A stretch of DNA of 64,000 nt, taken from assembly GCA_031409655.1 (NCBI GenBank), contig JANNXQ010000232.1, forward strand, positions 1 through 64,000, given 5' to 3'. This stretch comes from Chthoniobacteraceae bacterium. Its GTDB lineage: Bacteria > Verrucomicrobiota > Verrucomicrobiia > Chthoniobacterales > Chthoniobacteraceae. Shown in pieces: positions 1 to 9,870 of the stretch. The translations under genes and the position numbers were made by a program. A model generated the notes under the pieces. That model did not search any database. It saw nothing but the letters and a program-made list of their open reading frames with translations, and had not been told where the DNA came from. How positions within the stretch are numbered: the first letter of the stretch is position 1; each line of letters opens with the position of its first letter.

Positions 1-105
1 GTCCCGTGCGGCATCGTTTCAAAAGCGAAGCTCCGACCTTCTATCGAGGGAAATCTGCGCTGCGCGTTTGATGGCAATGCCGCACGGGACGGCGGCGCTC
101 CCAGG

Positions 106-1944
106 TTACTTCCCGCGAAGCTCTTCGAGCAACCGCGGGACGTATTCTTTGAAACGCGGGTCGGACGCTTCGCCTTTCGCGGGCAGGGCCTTGATCGTCG
201 CCGCGAGCGGCGCGGCTTTGTCACCGAGCGCGGTGAGGGCATTGAGCGCGGCCATCGCGGTGAAGACATCGGTCTTCGACCAATCGGCGTCGTGCGCGAG
301 CAGCGGGAGCACGCGAGCGAGATCGCCTTTGGAGCCGAAGAGCCCGAGCGCTTCCGCAGCGGCGATCCGCACGTCGGGAGCGGCATCGTCGAGCGCCTTG
401 GTGAGTTCGTCGTGGCCCGCTTTCACACCGTCCGCACCGCGCATCCCGAGACCGCGGATCGCCCAGTAGCGCACGCCGGAATCCGCGTCCGCGGAAGCCG
501 CCTTCAGCGCTGGCATCGCGTCGGCGCGGAGCGAGGAAGCCAGTTCCGCCATCTCGTAAATGCGCGCGAAAGGGAAACTCGCGTCGTGCGCGAGATCATA
601 GGGCGTCGTGCCCCGACTCCGACGGTGCATCTCACCTTCCGGCAGGATGCCGACGTCCCGGATGCGGGCCGCGTGAGCACGGAGTGCCGTACGCATTTTC
701 TCCAGCGTCGCCGCGTGCTCTGCGGAAGCCGCGAGATTGTTCACTTCGTCGCGATCGGTGGTGAGGTCGTAGAGTTCCTCGGCCGGTTTGGTCTTCCAGA
801 AAGCCGACTGCGCGGCGTTGAGCTTGCCGTCCTTAAACATCTGCTCCCAGACCTGCGTGGTCGGCGTCTGCCACATGTAGTTAATGTGCTGCGCGTAGAT
901 CTTGTCCGGCCGGAACTGGCGGAGGTAAACGTAGCGACCATCGGTGACGCTACGGACACAATCGGTGCGCTCATCCATGCGTCCGCGGAAGCCATAGAGG
1001 AAAGGCTGCGGCGCAGTCTGATACTTTCCGAGGAAGGCGAAGCCCTGCATCGTCTTCGGCGGTTCCACACCGACGAGACTGAGCAGCGTCGGTGCGAAAT
1101 CGACAAAGCTCACGAGACGTTCCGAAACGCCGCCCGCCTTGTAGTCGGGCGGACGCAGTTCCTTAAACTTCTCCGGGATGAAAACTACGAGCGGCACATG
1201 CAGCCCGGAATTGTAAGGCCAGCGTTTATTGCGCGGCATGCCGGAGCCGTGATCGGCGTAGTAGAAAACGATGGTGTCCTCGACGAGACCCGCAGCCTCG
1301 AGTTCCTTGAGCCGCTCGCCCGCGTCGGCATCGGCGGCGCTCACGCCGTCATAGTATTGCGCCCAATCCTTCCGCACCTCCGGGGTATCGGGATGATAAG
1401 CCGGCACGCGCACTTCGGCGGGATCATGCACCGCAGTGTGTGGCTTTGAGCGGATCTTACTCTCGTGGCTCTTCTCCGAATTGAAGATGGCGAAGAACGG
1501 CTTCCCCGCCGGGCGATCGGACCAATGCCCCTTCTTCGCCGAGACGTCCCAGACTTCGCCGGGCTTCGCGAGGTTGTAGTCTTCCTTCGCGCTATTCGTG
1601 CAGTAGTAGCCGGCCTCGCGGAGATGCTGTGGGTACATCTTCTGCCCGGCCGGGAAGGGCACCATACTCCGCATGTGCTCGCCGCCAGTGCTCGGAGGAT
1701 ACAGCCCGCTGATCAGGGTGGTGCGGGCCGGCGCGCAGACCGGCGCATTCGACCAGCACTTCGCGTAGCGCAGCCCCTTGGCCGCGAGCGCATCGACGTT
1801 CGGAGTGGTGGCAAATTTGTCCCCGTAGCAACCCAGGTGCGGGCCGTGATCTTCGCTGGTCAGCCAGAGGATGTTTGGGCGATCGGCGGCGGGCGCTGTG
1901 GCGCAGAGGACGAGCGCGGCAGAGAGGGAGAGGAAGGGATTCAT
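106..1944 (-). CDS. Secreted Cys-type sulfatase with C-terminal HEAT-like repeats
   Basis: Signal peptide MNPFLSLSAALVLCATAPA, PNILWLTSED, signature CAPARTTLISG, C-terminal DADSGVRYWA / DAAPDVRIAAAEALG repeats. ATG at 1944 overlaps the upstream gene's TGA (ATGA), so the longer ORF-track start was rejected. Confidence 0.9.
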   Translation of the reverse strand: MNPFLSLSAALVLCATAPAADRPNILWLTSEDHGPHLGCYGDKFATTPNVDALAAKGLRYAKCWSNAPVCAPARTTLISGLYPPSTGGEHMRSMVPFPAGQKMYPQHLREAGYYCTNSAKEDYNLAKPGEVWDVSAKKGHWSDRPAGKPFFAIFNSEKSHESKIRSKPHTAVHDPAEVRVPAYHPDTPEVRKDWAQYYDGVSAADADAGERLKELEAAGLVEDTIVFYYADHGSGMPRNKRWPYNSGLHVPLVVFIPEKFKELRPPDYKAGGVSERLVSFVDFAPTLLSLVGVEPPKTMQGFAFLGKYQTAPQPFLYGFRGRMDERTDCVRSVTDGRYVYLRQFRPDKIYAQHINYMWQTPTTQVWEQMFKDGKLNAAQSAFWKTKPAEELYDLTTDRDEVNNLAASAEHAATLEKMRTALRAHAARIRDVGILPEGEMHRRSRGTTPYDLAHDASFPFARIYEMAELASSLRADAMPALKAASADADSGVRYWAIRGLGMRGADGVKAGHDELTKALDDAAPDVRIAAAEALGLFGSKGDLARVLPLLAHDADWSKTDVFTAMAALNALTALGDKAAPLAATIKALPAKGEASDPRFKEYVPRLLEELRGK

Positions 1945-3527
1945 TTCCGGGCATTCTTTGGTTTTTCGGCCGTGGGGTAAAGGGAGACGGGCGTGGTATT
2001 TTGCTGGGGCGCACCGACGGTGCTGCGACCGTCGGCGACGTATTTTTCGAGCAGCGTTGTGAGTCGCTGGACGATCTCGGGGTGCGCGTCCTGCACGTTC
2101 TTTTTCTCCCCGATGTCCGTGTTCAGATCGTAGAGCTGCAGCGCGGGCAGGCTCTCCGCCTCTTTCGCTCCGGGCCGCGGCGCACTCCAGCCTCCGGAGC
2201 CCGGAGCCAACCCCAGCTTCCACCTCCCCTGCCGGATCGCGAAGGTGCCATTGATCGAGTGATGCACGATGGCTTCGCGCAACGGCGCGGTATCCTTCCC
2301 GAGCAGCGCCGGCAGGAAACTCACGCTATCTTCACCCGCCGTGTCCGGGATTTTTTTCCCGACGATGTCCGCCGCAGTTACCATGAGATCCGTGGTGCAA
2401 ATGATTTGGTCACTTTTGCTCCCGCCTTTCACCCGCGCCGGCCAGCGCACGATGAAAGGCACCCGGTGTCCGCCCTCATAGATATCCGCCTTATGTCCGC
2501 GGAAGACGTAGCTCGGGTTGTGATCCTTCGCCAAAAGCTCGTCGAACTTCGCCGACGGCGAGCAACCATTGTCGCTCGTGGCGATGATCAGCGTGTCCTC
2601 CGCGAGACCCGCTTTTTCCACCGCATCGAGCACCTGCCCGATGCTCCAATCCGTTTGCATGACAAAGTCGGCGTAAGGATTCAGCCCGCTCTTTCCGAGC
2701 CACTCCGGCGTCGGAAGGATGGGCGTGTGCGGAGCCGTCAGCGGCAGATAGAGGAAAAAGGGAGTGCCGCTTTTCGCCCCGGCAGCATGATTCGTCACAA
2801 ACTCCACGGCCTTGCTCGTGAAGGTGGGCAGCACTTCGTAACCGGTGAAGCCCGGCACCGCCGGCCCTTCGCGCGTGAACCCAGTCGTCCGGCCCGTCAT
2901 CATCTCGATCTTCCGCGTCTCGGTCGGCTGCTGCGTCACACGATCATTTTCGATGAAAGCGTAAGGCACCATGTCGAGCGAAGCGGCGATGCCGAAGTAA
3001 CTATCAAAGCCGACGGCGAGTGGGCCATTGGTCATCGGCTTGGTAAAATCCACGCTCCCCACCTGCTCCGGCGTCTCGATCCTCAGTTCGGAAACTTCCC
3101 TCCCCTCGTGCTTCACCCAATCCATCCCGAGGTGCCACTTCCCGATGCAGCCCGTCGCGTAGCCCTGCTGCTTGAGCATCGCGGGCACCGTGAGACGGCC
3201 TTCTTCGATCAGGCGCGGACTCAGTCCTCCGAGTACGCCGCTCTTGAGGCGCGAGCGCCAACTGTAACGGCCCGTGAGAATGCCGTAGCGCGTGGGCGAA
3301 CAGACGGAGGAACTCGTGTGCGCATCCGTGAAGATCATCCCGCCCGCGGCGAGCCGATCAAAGTTCGGCGTGGCGATTTTGCCATTCGCGTTCAGGCATT
3401 TCAGATCCCCGTAACCGAGATCGTCGCAAAGGATGTAGATGATGTTCGGCTTCGAGGCGGCAGGAAGCGGGGTGACGAGCGCGAGCGCGTAAAGGGCGGA
3501 GAGAAATGGGAGGAGGGAGCGAGTCAT
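1941..3527 (-). CDS. Secreted arylsulfatase-family sulfatase
   Basis: Signal peptide, KPNIIYILCDDLGYGD, CSPTRYGILTG (CxPxR), GKWHLG, YEGGHRVPF. Confidence 0.92.
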   Translation of the reverse strand: MTRSLLPFLSALYALALVTPLPAASKPNIIYILCDDLGYGDLKCLNANGKIATPNFDRLAAGGMIFTDAHTSSSVCSPTRYGILTGRYSWRSRLKSGVLGGLSPRLIEEGRLTVPAMLKQQGYATGCIGKWHLGMDWVKHEGREVSELRIETPEQVGSVDFTKPMTNGPLAVGFDSYFGIAASLDMVPYAFIENDRVTQQPTETRKIEMMTGRTTGFTREGPAVPGFTGYEVLPTFTSKAVEFVTNHAAGAKSGTPFFLYLPLTAPHTPILPTPEWLGKSGLNPYADFVMQTDWSIGQVLDAVEKAGLAEDTLIIATSDNGCSPSAKFDELLAKDHNPSYVFRGHKADIYEGGHRVPFIVRWPARVKGGSKSDQIICTTDLMVTAADIVGKKIPDTAGEDSVSFLPALLGKDTAPLREAIVHHSINGTFAIRQGRWKLGLAPGSGGWSAPRPGAKEAESLPALQLYDLNTDIGEKKNVQDAHPEIVQRLTTLLEKYVADGRSTVGAPQQNTTPVSLYPTAEKPKNARK

Positions 3528-3626
3528 AGAGATGCGGGAGGTCAACCGGGCGGCTCGGCGGTCATTAGTCGTGCCGGGGCAAAAGTGCGTCTTGTCCCGA
3601 TCGGCGACCCCGGGTAAAGAAAACGG

Positions 3627-3887
3627 ATGAACTTCATCGCGTGGATTTTCTTCGGTCTCATCGTCGGGGTGCTCGCCAAATTCATCATGCCCGGCAAGGA
3701 CCCGGGTGGCATCATTGTCACCATCCTGATTGGCATTGCGGGATCGTTTGCGGGCGGCTTTCTCGGTGGCCTCATCGGCATCGGCGGCGCTGGGGTCTTC
3801 GATCTCTGGGGCATCCTCGTCTCCACGGGTGGCGCGATCCTCCTGCTGATCATCTATCGCCTCGTGATGCGGGCGAAGAAGCCGTAG
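3627..3887 (+). CDS. GlsB/YeaQ/YmgE (transglycosylase-associated) small membrane protein
   Basis: WIFFGLIVGVLAKFIMPGKDPGG...IGIAGSFAGG family pattern; three hydrophobic segments. Confidence 0.88.
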   Translation: MNFIAWIFFGLIVGVLAKFIMPGKDPGGIIVTILIGIAGSFAGGFLGGLIGIGGAGVFDLWGILVSTGGAILLLIIYRLVMRAKKP

Positions 3888-3897
3888 CGCCGGCGCG

Positions 3898-5373
3898 CTA
3901 CTGGGCTTTCTTCTTCCCCTTCTTCGGCGCAACTTCGCTGGCTTTGCCGGGGACGTTCGGCGTCGGCATTGGCGCTTTCACTTCCGCGCGCCAGGCGACG
4001 AGGCGGGCGTGCAGTTCCTTCGCCTTGTCCGGCATCTCGGTGGCAAGGTTCTTTGTTTCGCCGAGGTCGTTGCGGAGGTTGTAGAGCTCTAGCTTCCCGT
4101 CTTCGAGATACTCCATGAGCTTCCAATCGCCGCTGTGGATCAGGCTCACCGGCGTGGTGCGCCAGAGTCCCGGACCCGAGCCGAGGTAGCCAGGAAAGTG
4201 CTGGAAAATAGCGTCGCGCTGCAGCTTCGCGGTCGGGTCGCGGAAGAGCTTCACGAGACTCTCGCCGTCGAGCACCTGGCGCGGCTGGGGCGCGCCGCTG
4301 ATCTCCAGCATCGTCGGGAAAAGGTCCACGTGCGCGGTCGGCACTTCACAGGTGGTGCCTGGCTTGGTCACGCCCGGCCAACGGACAATGAAAGGTTCGC
4401 GGGTGCCGCCTTCGTAGAGGCTGCCCTTGCCGCTGCGCAGCGGAGTGTTGTCGGTGATGCCACCACCGTCCTCGTCGCCGGCTTTCTTCTTCTTCGCCTT
4501 CCCCTCCATCCCTGGCTCGCGGATCAGACCATCCGGGCGGGCGTAACCACCCACACCCCCGTTGTCGCTGGTAAAGATGAGCACGGTGTTATCCGCGAGT
4601 TTCAGATCATCGAGAGTCTTCATCACGCGCCCCACACTTTCATCCACGCTCGCGATCATCGCCGCATAGACCGCGTTGTTGTGCCCGCCCACGCCCGGCT
4701 TGGGTTTGAATTTCGCGATGAGATCCTCCTTGGCCTGATGCGGCGAGTGGACGCCGAAATGCGGGAGGTAGAGGAAAAAAGGTTCGTTCTTGTTCCGCGT
4801 GATGAAGTCCACCGCCCGGTCGGTGAGAAAGTCCGCGAGGTAAGTGCCTTTTGGGTAATCGGTCTGGGGATTGGTCGCGAAGTCAAAGTGCCGACCCATG
4901 CTCACGATGGCCTCATCGAAGCCGCGCTTGCCAGGCTGATAGTCGCCGGACTGACCGATGTGCCACTTGCCAAACATCCCGGTCGCATAACCACCCGCCT
5001 TGAGCTGCTTTGCGATGATGTCGCGGTCGAGCGGGAGGTCGGTGACATTTTCCACCGGACGCAGCGGCCGCGAACCCCATTCAAAGCGACCGATGCTGCC
5101 GACCGTGTAAACGCCGGTGCGCGCTCCGTATTGGCCACTCATCAGCGCAGCACGCGTGGGCGTGCAATTCTGGCAGTGGTGATGGCTCATCAGCCGCGTG
5201 CCTTGCGCGGCGAGGCGGTCGAGGTTCGGTGTCTCGTAGTACTTCGAGCCCTGCACGGCGAGATCGGTCCAGCCGAGATCGTCGGCCATGATGAAGATGA
5301 TGTTTGGCTTGGCGGCGTGACCGACTGCGCAAAGGACCAGGGTGAGGATTGAGGGCAGGAGACGAGTGAGCAT
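3898..5373 (-). CDS. Secreted sulfatase
   Basis: Signal peptide, KPNIIFIMADDLGW, CTPTRAALMSG, GKWHIG, GKGSLYEGGTR. Confidence 0.92.
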   Translation of the reverse strand: MLTRLLPSILTLVLCAVGHAAKPNIIFIMADDLGWTDLAVQGSKYYETPNLDRLAAQGTRLMSHHHCQNCTPTRAALMSGQYGARTGVYTVGSIGRFEWGSRPLRPVENVTDLPLDRDIIAKQLKAGGYATGMFGKWHIGQSGDYQPGKRGFDEAIVSMGRHFDFATNPQTDYPKGTYLADFLTDRAVDFITRNKNEPFFLYLPHFGVHSPHQAKEDLIAKFKPKPGVGGHNNAVYAAMIASVDESVGRVMKTLDDLKLADNTVLIFTSDNGGVGGYARPDGLIREPGMEGKAKKKKAGDEDGGGITDNTPLRSGKGSLYEGGTREPFIVRWPGVTKPGTTCEVPTAHVDLFPTMLEISGAPQPRQVLDGESLVKLFRDPTAKLQRDAIFQHFPGYLGSGPGLWRTTPVSLIHSGDWKLMEYLEDGKLELYNLRNDLGETKNLATEMPDKAKELHARLVAWRAEVKAPMPTPNVPGKASEVAPKKGKKKAQ

Positions 5374-5382
5374 AGGGAGGGA

Positions 5383-6849
5383 TCAGTGAGAGGTCGGTGG
5401 GAATTGGGCGCGGAGAAGGCGTTCTGCCTCGGCCTGCGCTCCTGCGAACCCCGGCTCATCGACAGCGTTGCGCAACTCTGTGGGATCGCCGGCGGCGGCG
5501 TAAAGTTCGCGGGCGACGGTCTCGCCGGTCTGCCAATCGCGCCACTCGGTGTAGCGCACGCTATCGGTGCGGACGCTGCAGCCCATCGCCTGCGGCTGCT
5601 TCGAAGGCTCGCGATCGTAATACGCAGGCCGCGGATGCTGCGTGAAGGCGCCGCTCCGCACCGTGGCGGAAGGATCGCGCAGAACGGGCACGAGGCTGGT
5701 GCCGTCGAGGCCGGCGGCTTTCGGCAGGCCGCAGAGTTCGACGAGCGTGGGGAAAAGATCGACGAGTTCGGCGAGCGAGGCGGTGCGCTGGCCGACGGAT
5801 TTGCCCTTCGGCTCGGCGATGAAGAAGGGCACGCGGGCATCGTATTCAAAGTTGGAAGTCTTTCCCCACAGACGGTGCTCGCCGACGTGATAACCGTGAT
5901 CGCCGACGAAGGTGATGATCGTCCGATCCGCCACCCCGCTACGCTCGAGCGCGTCGAGCACCTTCCCGATCTGCGCATCCAGAAAGGTGATGTTCGCAAA
6001 GTAACCGTGGCGCATTTCCGCCGCCTGCGAGGGGCTCGCGGTGGCCTGCCCTTTTGCGGGGCCGAGGACTTCCGTGCTCTGGTGAAAGGCGATGTCGGGA
6101 GCGCCTTCTGGACGGCGGCCATCGAGCGGCGGAAGCTTTGCGCGATCGTAGAGATCCCAATATTTTTTGGGCGCATTGAAGGGCGCGTGCGGCTTCCAGA
6201 AACCGACCGCGAGGAAGAAGGGCGCGCCTTTGACCTCGCTCAAGACGCGCACGGCTTCCGCGGCGACGCGGCCATCGTAGTAGGCTTCGTCCGGCACATC
6301 GCGGCACTCGCAGATGCCGGTGGTGGGATAACCGAAGCCCGTCGTGGTAGTGGCGAAGTTCGGCGGCAGTTCGCCGGGGACCTGCGGTTTGTCGTCGCCG
6401 TGATTTGCGTAGTGCAGAAACTCGGGCGCACTCCACGAACGTGCGTCGCCCTGCACCGCGGTGTGCCAGTTGTGAAAGATCTTCCCGACGCCGCGCGTGG
6501 TGTAGCCGTGCTCCTTGAACCAGAGCGGCAGCGTGGTGACGTCGGGATTCTTTTCGCGGAAGTGGGTGCCGTTATTCCAGAGCCCGAGGGTGTCGGGCCG
6601 GCGGCCGGTGAGCATGGAGGAACGCGAAGGATTGCAGACGGCTTGCTGGCAGTAGGCGCGGTCAAATTGCAGCGCGCGTTTGGCAAGGCGGTCGAGATTC
6701 GGCGTGAGCGCGGGCGAGCCGTAGGTGGCGAGTTCGGCCCGCAGATCATCGGCCATGATGAAGAGGACGTTCGGGCGCTTGGCCTGGGCGCGGGAGGAAA
6801 GGACGACCAAGGTGAGACAAAGCGCGACGCGGAAGGGGATGCGGTTCAT
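5383..6849 (-). CDS. Secreted sulfatase, iduronate-2-sulfatase-like
   Basis: RPNVLFIMADDLR, CNPSRSSMLTG, GKIFH, GFWKPHAPF, DHGYHVGEH. Start set at MNRIPF, ahead of the signal peptide. Confidence 0.9.
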   Translation of the reverse strand: MNRIPFRVALCLTLVVLSSRAQAKRPNVLFIMADDLRAELATYGSPALTPNLDRLAKRALQFDRAYCQQAVCNPSRSSMLTGRRPDTLGLWNNGTHFREKNPDVTTLPLWFKEHGYTTRGVGKIFHNWHTAVQGDARSWSAPEFLHYANHGDDKPQVPGELPPNFATTTTGFGYPTTGICECRDVPDEAYYDGRVAAEAVRVLSEVKGAPFFLAVGFWKPHAPFNAPKKYWDLYDRAKLPPLDGRRPEGAPDIAFHQSTEVLGPAKGQATASPSQAAEMRHGYFANITFLDAQIGKVLDALERSGVADRTIITFVGDHGYHVGEHRLWGKTSNFEYDARVPFFIAEPKGKSVGQRTASLAELVDLFPTLVELCGLPKAAGLDGTSLVPVLRDPSATVRSGAFTQHPRPAYYDREPSKQPQAMGCSVRTDSVRYTEWRDWQTGETVARELYAAAGDPTELRNAVDEPGFAGAQAEAERLLRAQFPPTSH

Positions 6850-6931
6850 GGGCGAAACTGCGGGCATACGGAGCCGCGGAAAACAAGTCGAGCGGCAAGT
6901 CCGCGCGTCCCACTCGGTCGCGCGACTGCGA

Positions 6932-7819
6932 CTAGGAGCGGAGGCCGCGTCCCACTTTCCCGCGCACGGCCCTGACCGACCGCGAGAATGCCGCGGCAAG
7001 CTGGCGCGTGGCCCGACCCACAGCCCCGCCGCGATTTTCCCAGGCCTTCCGCCGCGCCTGGGCGGCGGTGTGCTTTTCCGCATTCCAGGGAAAACCAGTG
7101 AAGCTCGGGTCGGGACGCGGCGGCCCGCGGAAGGCGAGGATGTAGGCGTAGCGCGAGACCGCGGAGACATTCGTCCCGGCGCCATGCAGGGTGCGGCAGT
7201 GATGAATCGTCGCGCCACCCGCCGGGAGCGGACACGGGATCGCGTCCGCCGGATCGAAAGGCGCGATGCACTCGAGGGCCATGATGCGCGGATCGGAATT
7301 CGGCGACTGATGCTCGCGCACGGGGCCGCGATGGGTGCCCGGCAGGAACTGCATGCAGCCATTTTCCACCGTGGCGATCTGCAGCGGCATCCAGATACTG
7401 ATCTGATCGTAGTGCGTCCCGGGATCATTGCGATGCGCCTCGTCCTGATGCCACGGAGTGGCGGCACCGTAGCCCGGAGGCTTGAGGATCGCGTGGTCAA
7501 ACCAGGGCGCGGCCTCGGGCCCGAGGAGTTGCCTGGCGATGGCGTAGGCATTGGCAAAATAACGGGTCTCGCGAAGTTCCGGCGCGAACCTCGCTGGCTT
7601 CGAGATCTGCGGGAGCGCGGGCGGGCGGCCATCCGCATCGGTGCCGACAAGATCGTACTGCGCGCCCATTTCCCAACCGACGTTTTCGCGGAAAAGGCGC
7701 TCGAAGATCCCGCGCATCGGTGGGATCTCCTCGGGAGGAGCGATTTCCGGGATGACGCCAAAACCATGAGCGCGGAACGCCTGGATTTGTTCAGGTGATA
7801 ATTCGATCGTGTCTGCCAT
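6932..7819 (-). CDS. Phytanoyl-CoA dioxygenase (PhyH)-family Fe/2OG oxygenase
   Basis: TPWHQD, WMPL...NGCMQFLPGTH, HHCRTLHGAG facial-triad motifs. Confidence 0.85.
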   Translation of the reverse strand: MADTIELSPEQIQAFRAHGFGVIPEIAPPEEIPPMRGIFERLFRENVGWEMGAQYDLVGTDADGRPPALPQISKPARFAPELRETRYFANAYAIARQLLGPEAAPWFDHAILKPPGYGAATPWHQDEAHRNDPGTHYDQISIWMPLQIATVENGCMQFLPGTHRGPVREHQSPNSDPRIMALECIAPFDPADAIPCPLPAGGATIHHCRTLHGAGTNVSAVSRYAYILAFRGPPRPDPSFTGFPWNAEKHTAAQARRKAWENRGGAVGRATRQLAAAFSRSVRAVRGKVGRGLRS

Positions 7820-7905
7820 TCCGCTCTCGAAGATAGCACACGCCGCCCGTCGGACGCGAGCCTGCGGTTCGGGACCGGAAGGATTCCGCGATGCGCACGC
7901 GCTGC

Positions 7906-9870
7906 CTAACCCTCAGGCAAGACGCGCTTCACCAAACGCCCGATGGCCTCGGTGGCAAAGTCGCTTTGCGGATACTGTTTCTGCGCCTTCAAATACCAGG
8001 CAAGACTGGAGCCCACCTGCTCCTGCTTTTCCAGATCCTGTGCCCTCCGGAGCGCGCGGACAAACTCGGCCGCCTGGGTCGTGAGCGTGGCCCGCTGCTG
8101 ATTGAGCAGGCTGTCATTGGGAAATTTCGCAAAGGCTTTCTCCACGCTCTCCCAGGCACCGGCGTAGTTGCTTTGCCGCGCCATTTCCTCCGCCCGCAGG
8201 AGCGCGACCTCGATGGACTTCATGTCTTCGAGCACCGCCTTCATTTGCGTCTGCCGCTCGGGATACGTCGCGAGCGCAGCGATAAAGCGCCCGCTCTCAT
8301 TGTAGATCTGGCGATGATTTTTCTGACTGAGGAGCTGATCGAAATCGACGATGGCCTTCTGCTGCACATCACCTTGGGTGAAGATTTGCTTGGAGACTTC
8401 GGAGAGCTCGGGATTGCGCGGCCAGAGTTCCGTCGCGGCTTTGAAAGCCGTCTCAAAGGCCGGCCGATCGCCAGAGATGGAGGCATTCCGGGCGATCGAA
8501 ATCTGGAAGTGCGCGAGCTGGCGCGCGGTCTCGACGGCGGCGGTGGGCTTTGAGCTGTCAAAGTCTTTCGCGCTCGTCGCGAGGTCTTTCACGATCGACT
8601 CCGCGAGCGTGTAGTCTTTCACATCCAGCGCGCTCTGGAGCTGAAAGCTTTTGCGCGCAAACTCCACGACCTTCCGCTTCTTCTCCCGCGGCAGCGTGCG
8701 GATCTCCGGCATGTGCTCGCCGACGAGAAAGGACTCGCTCAGGCGCTTTGTGGCACTATCGAGCTCGCTTTTATCGACGAGGAACTCGAAGGCCCGCACG
8801 CCTTCCCGGACATCGCGGATCGCCTCATTGGCCAGGGTGTCGAGGATGGTCACGGTGGGTGGCTGCCCAGAGCTGCGCTGGAAGAGTTCGCCCATGTCTT
8901 TGCCGACGGTGAGCTTGGTGTCGCCGTCATTGAAAAGCGCGCGATAGAAGCGCGTCGCCATGATCACGTGCTGATAGCGGCGCTGCATGAAAAACTGGAC
9001 CATCAAGGCCTGAAATTCGAGCTTGGCGGCGAGCTCGGAGATCTCGCGCTTGACCAGATTTGCCTGCTGCCAGGCGATCAACTGCGCGAGTTCACGGGTC
9101 TGCCAACTACCCTGATTCAGGACCGTTTGCTTCGCCTCGGCCCCCTGCTCCACCGGAGTCCCACCGCCAGGCACCACACCCCCCGCGCCCTGCCGTTTGC
9201 TCTTCATCTTCTCGTTTGCTTCCTTCGCGTGCTGGACGGCTTGCGACTGGCCACGGGTTGCGGCCTCGAGCCGCTTCGCGTCGTACTGCATCGCCTCGTT
9301 GACGGCGAGCAGGCGCTTCTGCTGCCGCTGCGCCATCCACACGGTATAGACGGCATTCGCCAGGGAATCGCAGAGCCGCGCATCCTGATCGAAGCTCGCC
9401 CCGCGTGGGAGGAGCCGGAAAGACATGTCGATATTCTGCTGATGCGCGGAGGCCGGGGCGAGCCGGGTGAGGATCTCAGAGATCGTGGCCTGATACAGCT
9501 TGTCCTCGGCGGTCGTCGCCTCCGGTGCGTTGAGGTATTTTTCAAACCGCGCCTGGAAAAGGCGATTGTTGGTAATGTTCCAGGTCTTTCCGTCCCAGGA
9601 GAAGGTCTCCGAGCCAGGATCGAAAGCCGGCACGTCACGCCCGAGAAAGCCGGGCGGCTTGGTCGCCGGAGCGGGCGTCTGGGCCGGTGTTGGCGGCACC
9701 GGGGGGAGCGCGGGTGCGTCGGGGACTTGAGACCAGCCTCGCCCGGCGGAGAACAACACCAGGAGAAACACTGAACCTCGAACGTCGAACTTCGAACGCC
9801 GAACCACCGAGGTGCGCGCAGGCTCCAGCGTTCGATGTTCGAGGTTCGATGTTCGATGTTCAGAGTTCAT
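7906..9870 (-). CDS. Hypothetical secreted alpha-helical protein (TPR-like C-terminus)
   Basis: 654-aa ORF with hydrophobic signal VFLLVLFSAGRGWS, Pro-rich linker and helical body; ATGA overlap with upstream gene. Confidence 0.7.
   Translation of the reverse strand: MNSEHRTSNLEHRTLEPARTSVVRRSKFDVRGSVFLLVLFSAGRGWSQVPDAPALPPVPPTPAQTPAPATKPPGFLGRDVPAFDPGSETFSWDGKTWNITNNRLFQARFEKYLNAPEATTAEDKLYQATISEILTRLAPASAHQQNIDMSFRLLPRGASFDQDARLCDSLANAVYTVWMAQRQQKRLLAVNEAMQYDAKRLEAATRGQSQAVQHAKEANEKMKSKRQGAGGVVPGGGTPVEQGAEAKQTVLNQGSWQTRELAQLIAWQQANLVKREISELAAKLEFQALMVQFFMQRRYQHVIMATRFYRALFNDGDTKLTVGKDMGELFQRSSGQPPTVTILDTLANEAIRDVREGVRAFEFLVDKSELDSATKRLSESFLVGEHMPEIRTLPREKKRKVVEFARKSFQLQSALDVKDYTLAESIVKDLATSAKDFDSSKPTAAVETARQLAHFQISIARNASISGDRPAFETAFKAATELWPRNPELSEVSKQIFTQGDVQQKAIVDFDQLLSQKNHRQIYNESGRFIAALATYPERQTQMKAVLEDMKSIEVALLRAEEMARQSNYAGAWESVEKAFAKFPNDSLLNQQRATLTTQAAEFVRALRRAQDLEKQEQVGSSLAWYLKAQKQYPQSDFATEAIGRLVKRVLPEG
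9771..9870. repeat. Inverted tandem-heptamer repeat (TCGAACN x5 / NGTTCGA x6)
   Basis: ctgaacc tcgaacg tcgaact tcgaacg ccgaacc ... cgttcga tgttcga ggttcga tgttcga tgttcag agttcat. Confidence 0.85.

Noticed and set aside
6850..7839. Long N-terminal extensions in the ORF track (818-aa, 705-aa and 663-aa sulfatases; 1041-aa CSLREA protein)
   Set aside because: The extensions overlap neighbouring genes or repeat elements, and signal peptides mark the downstream ATG starts.
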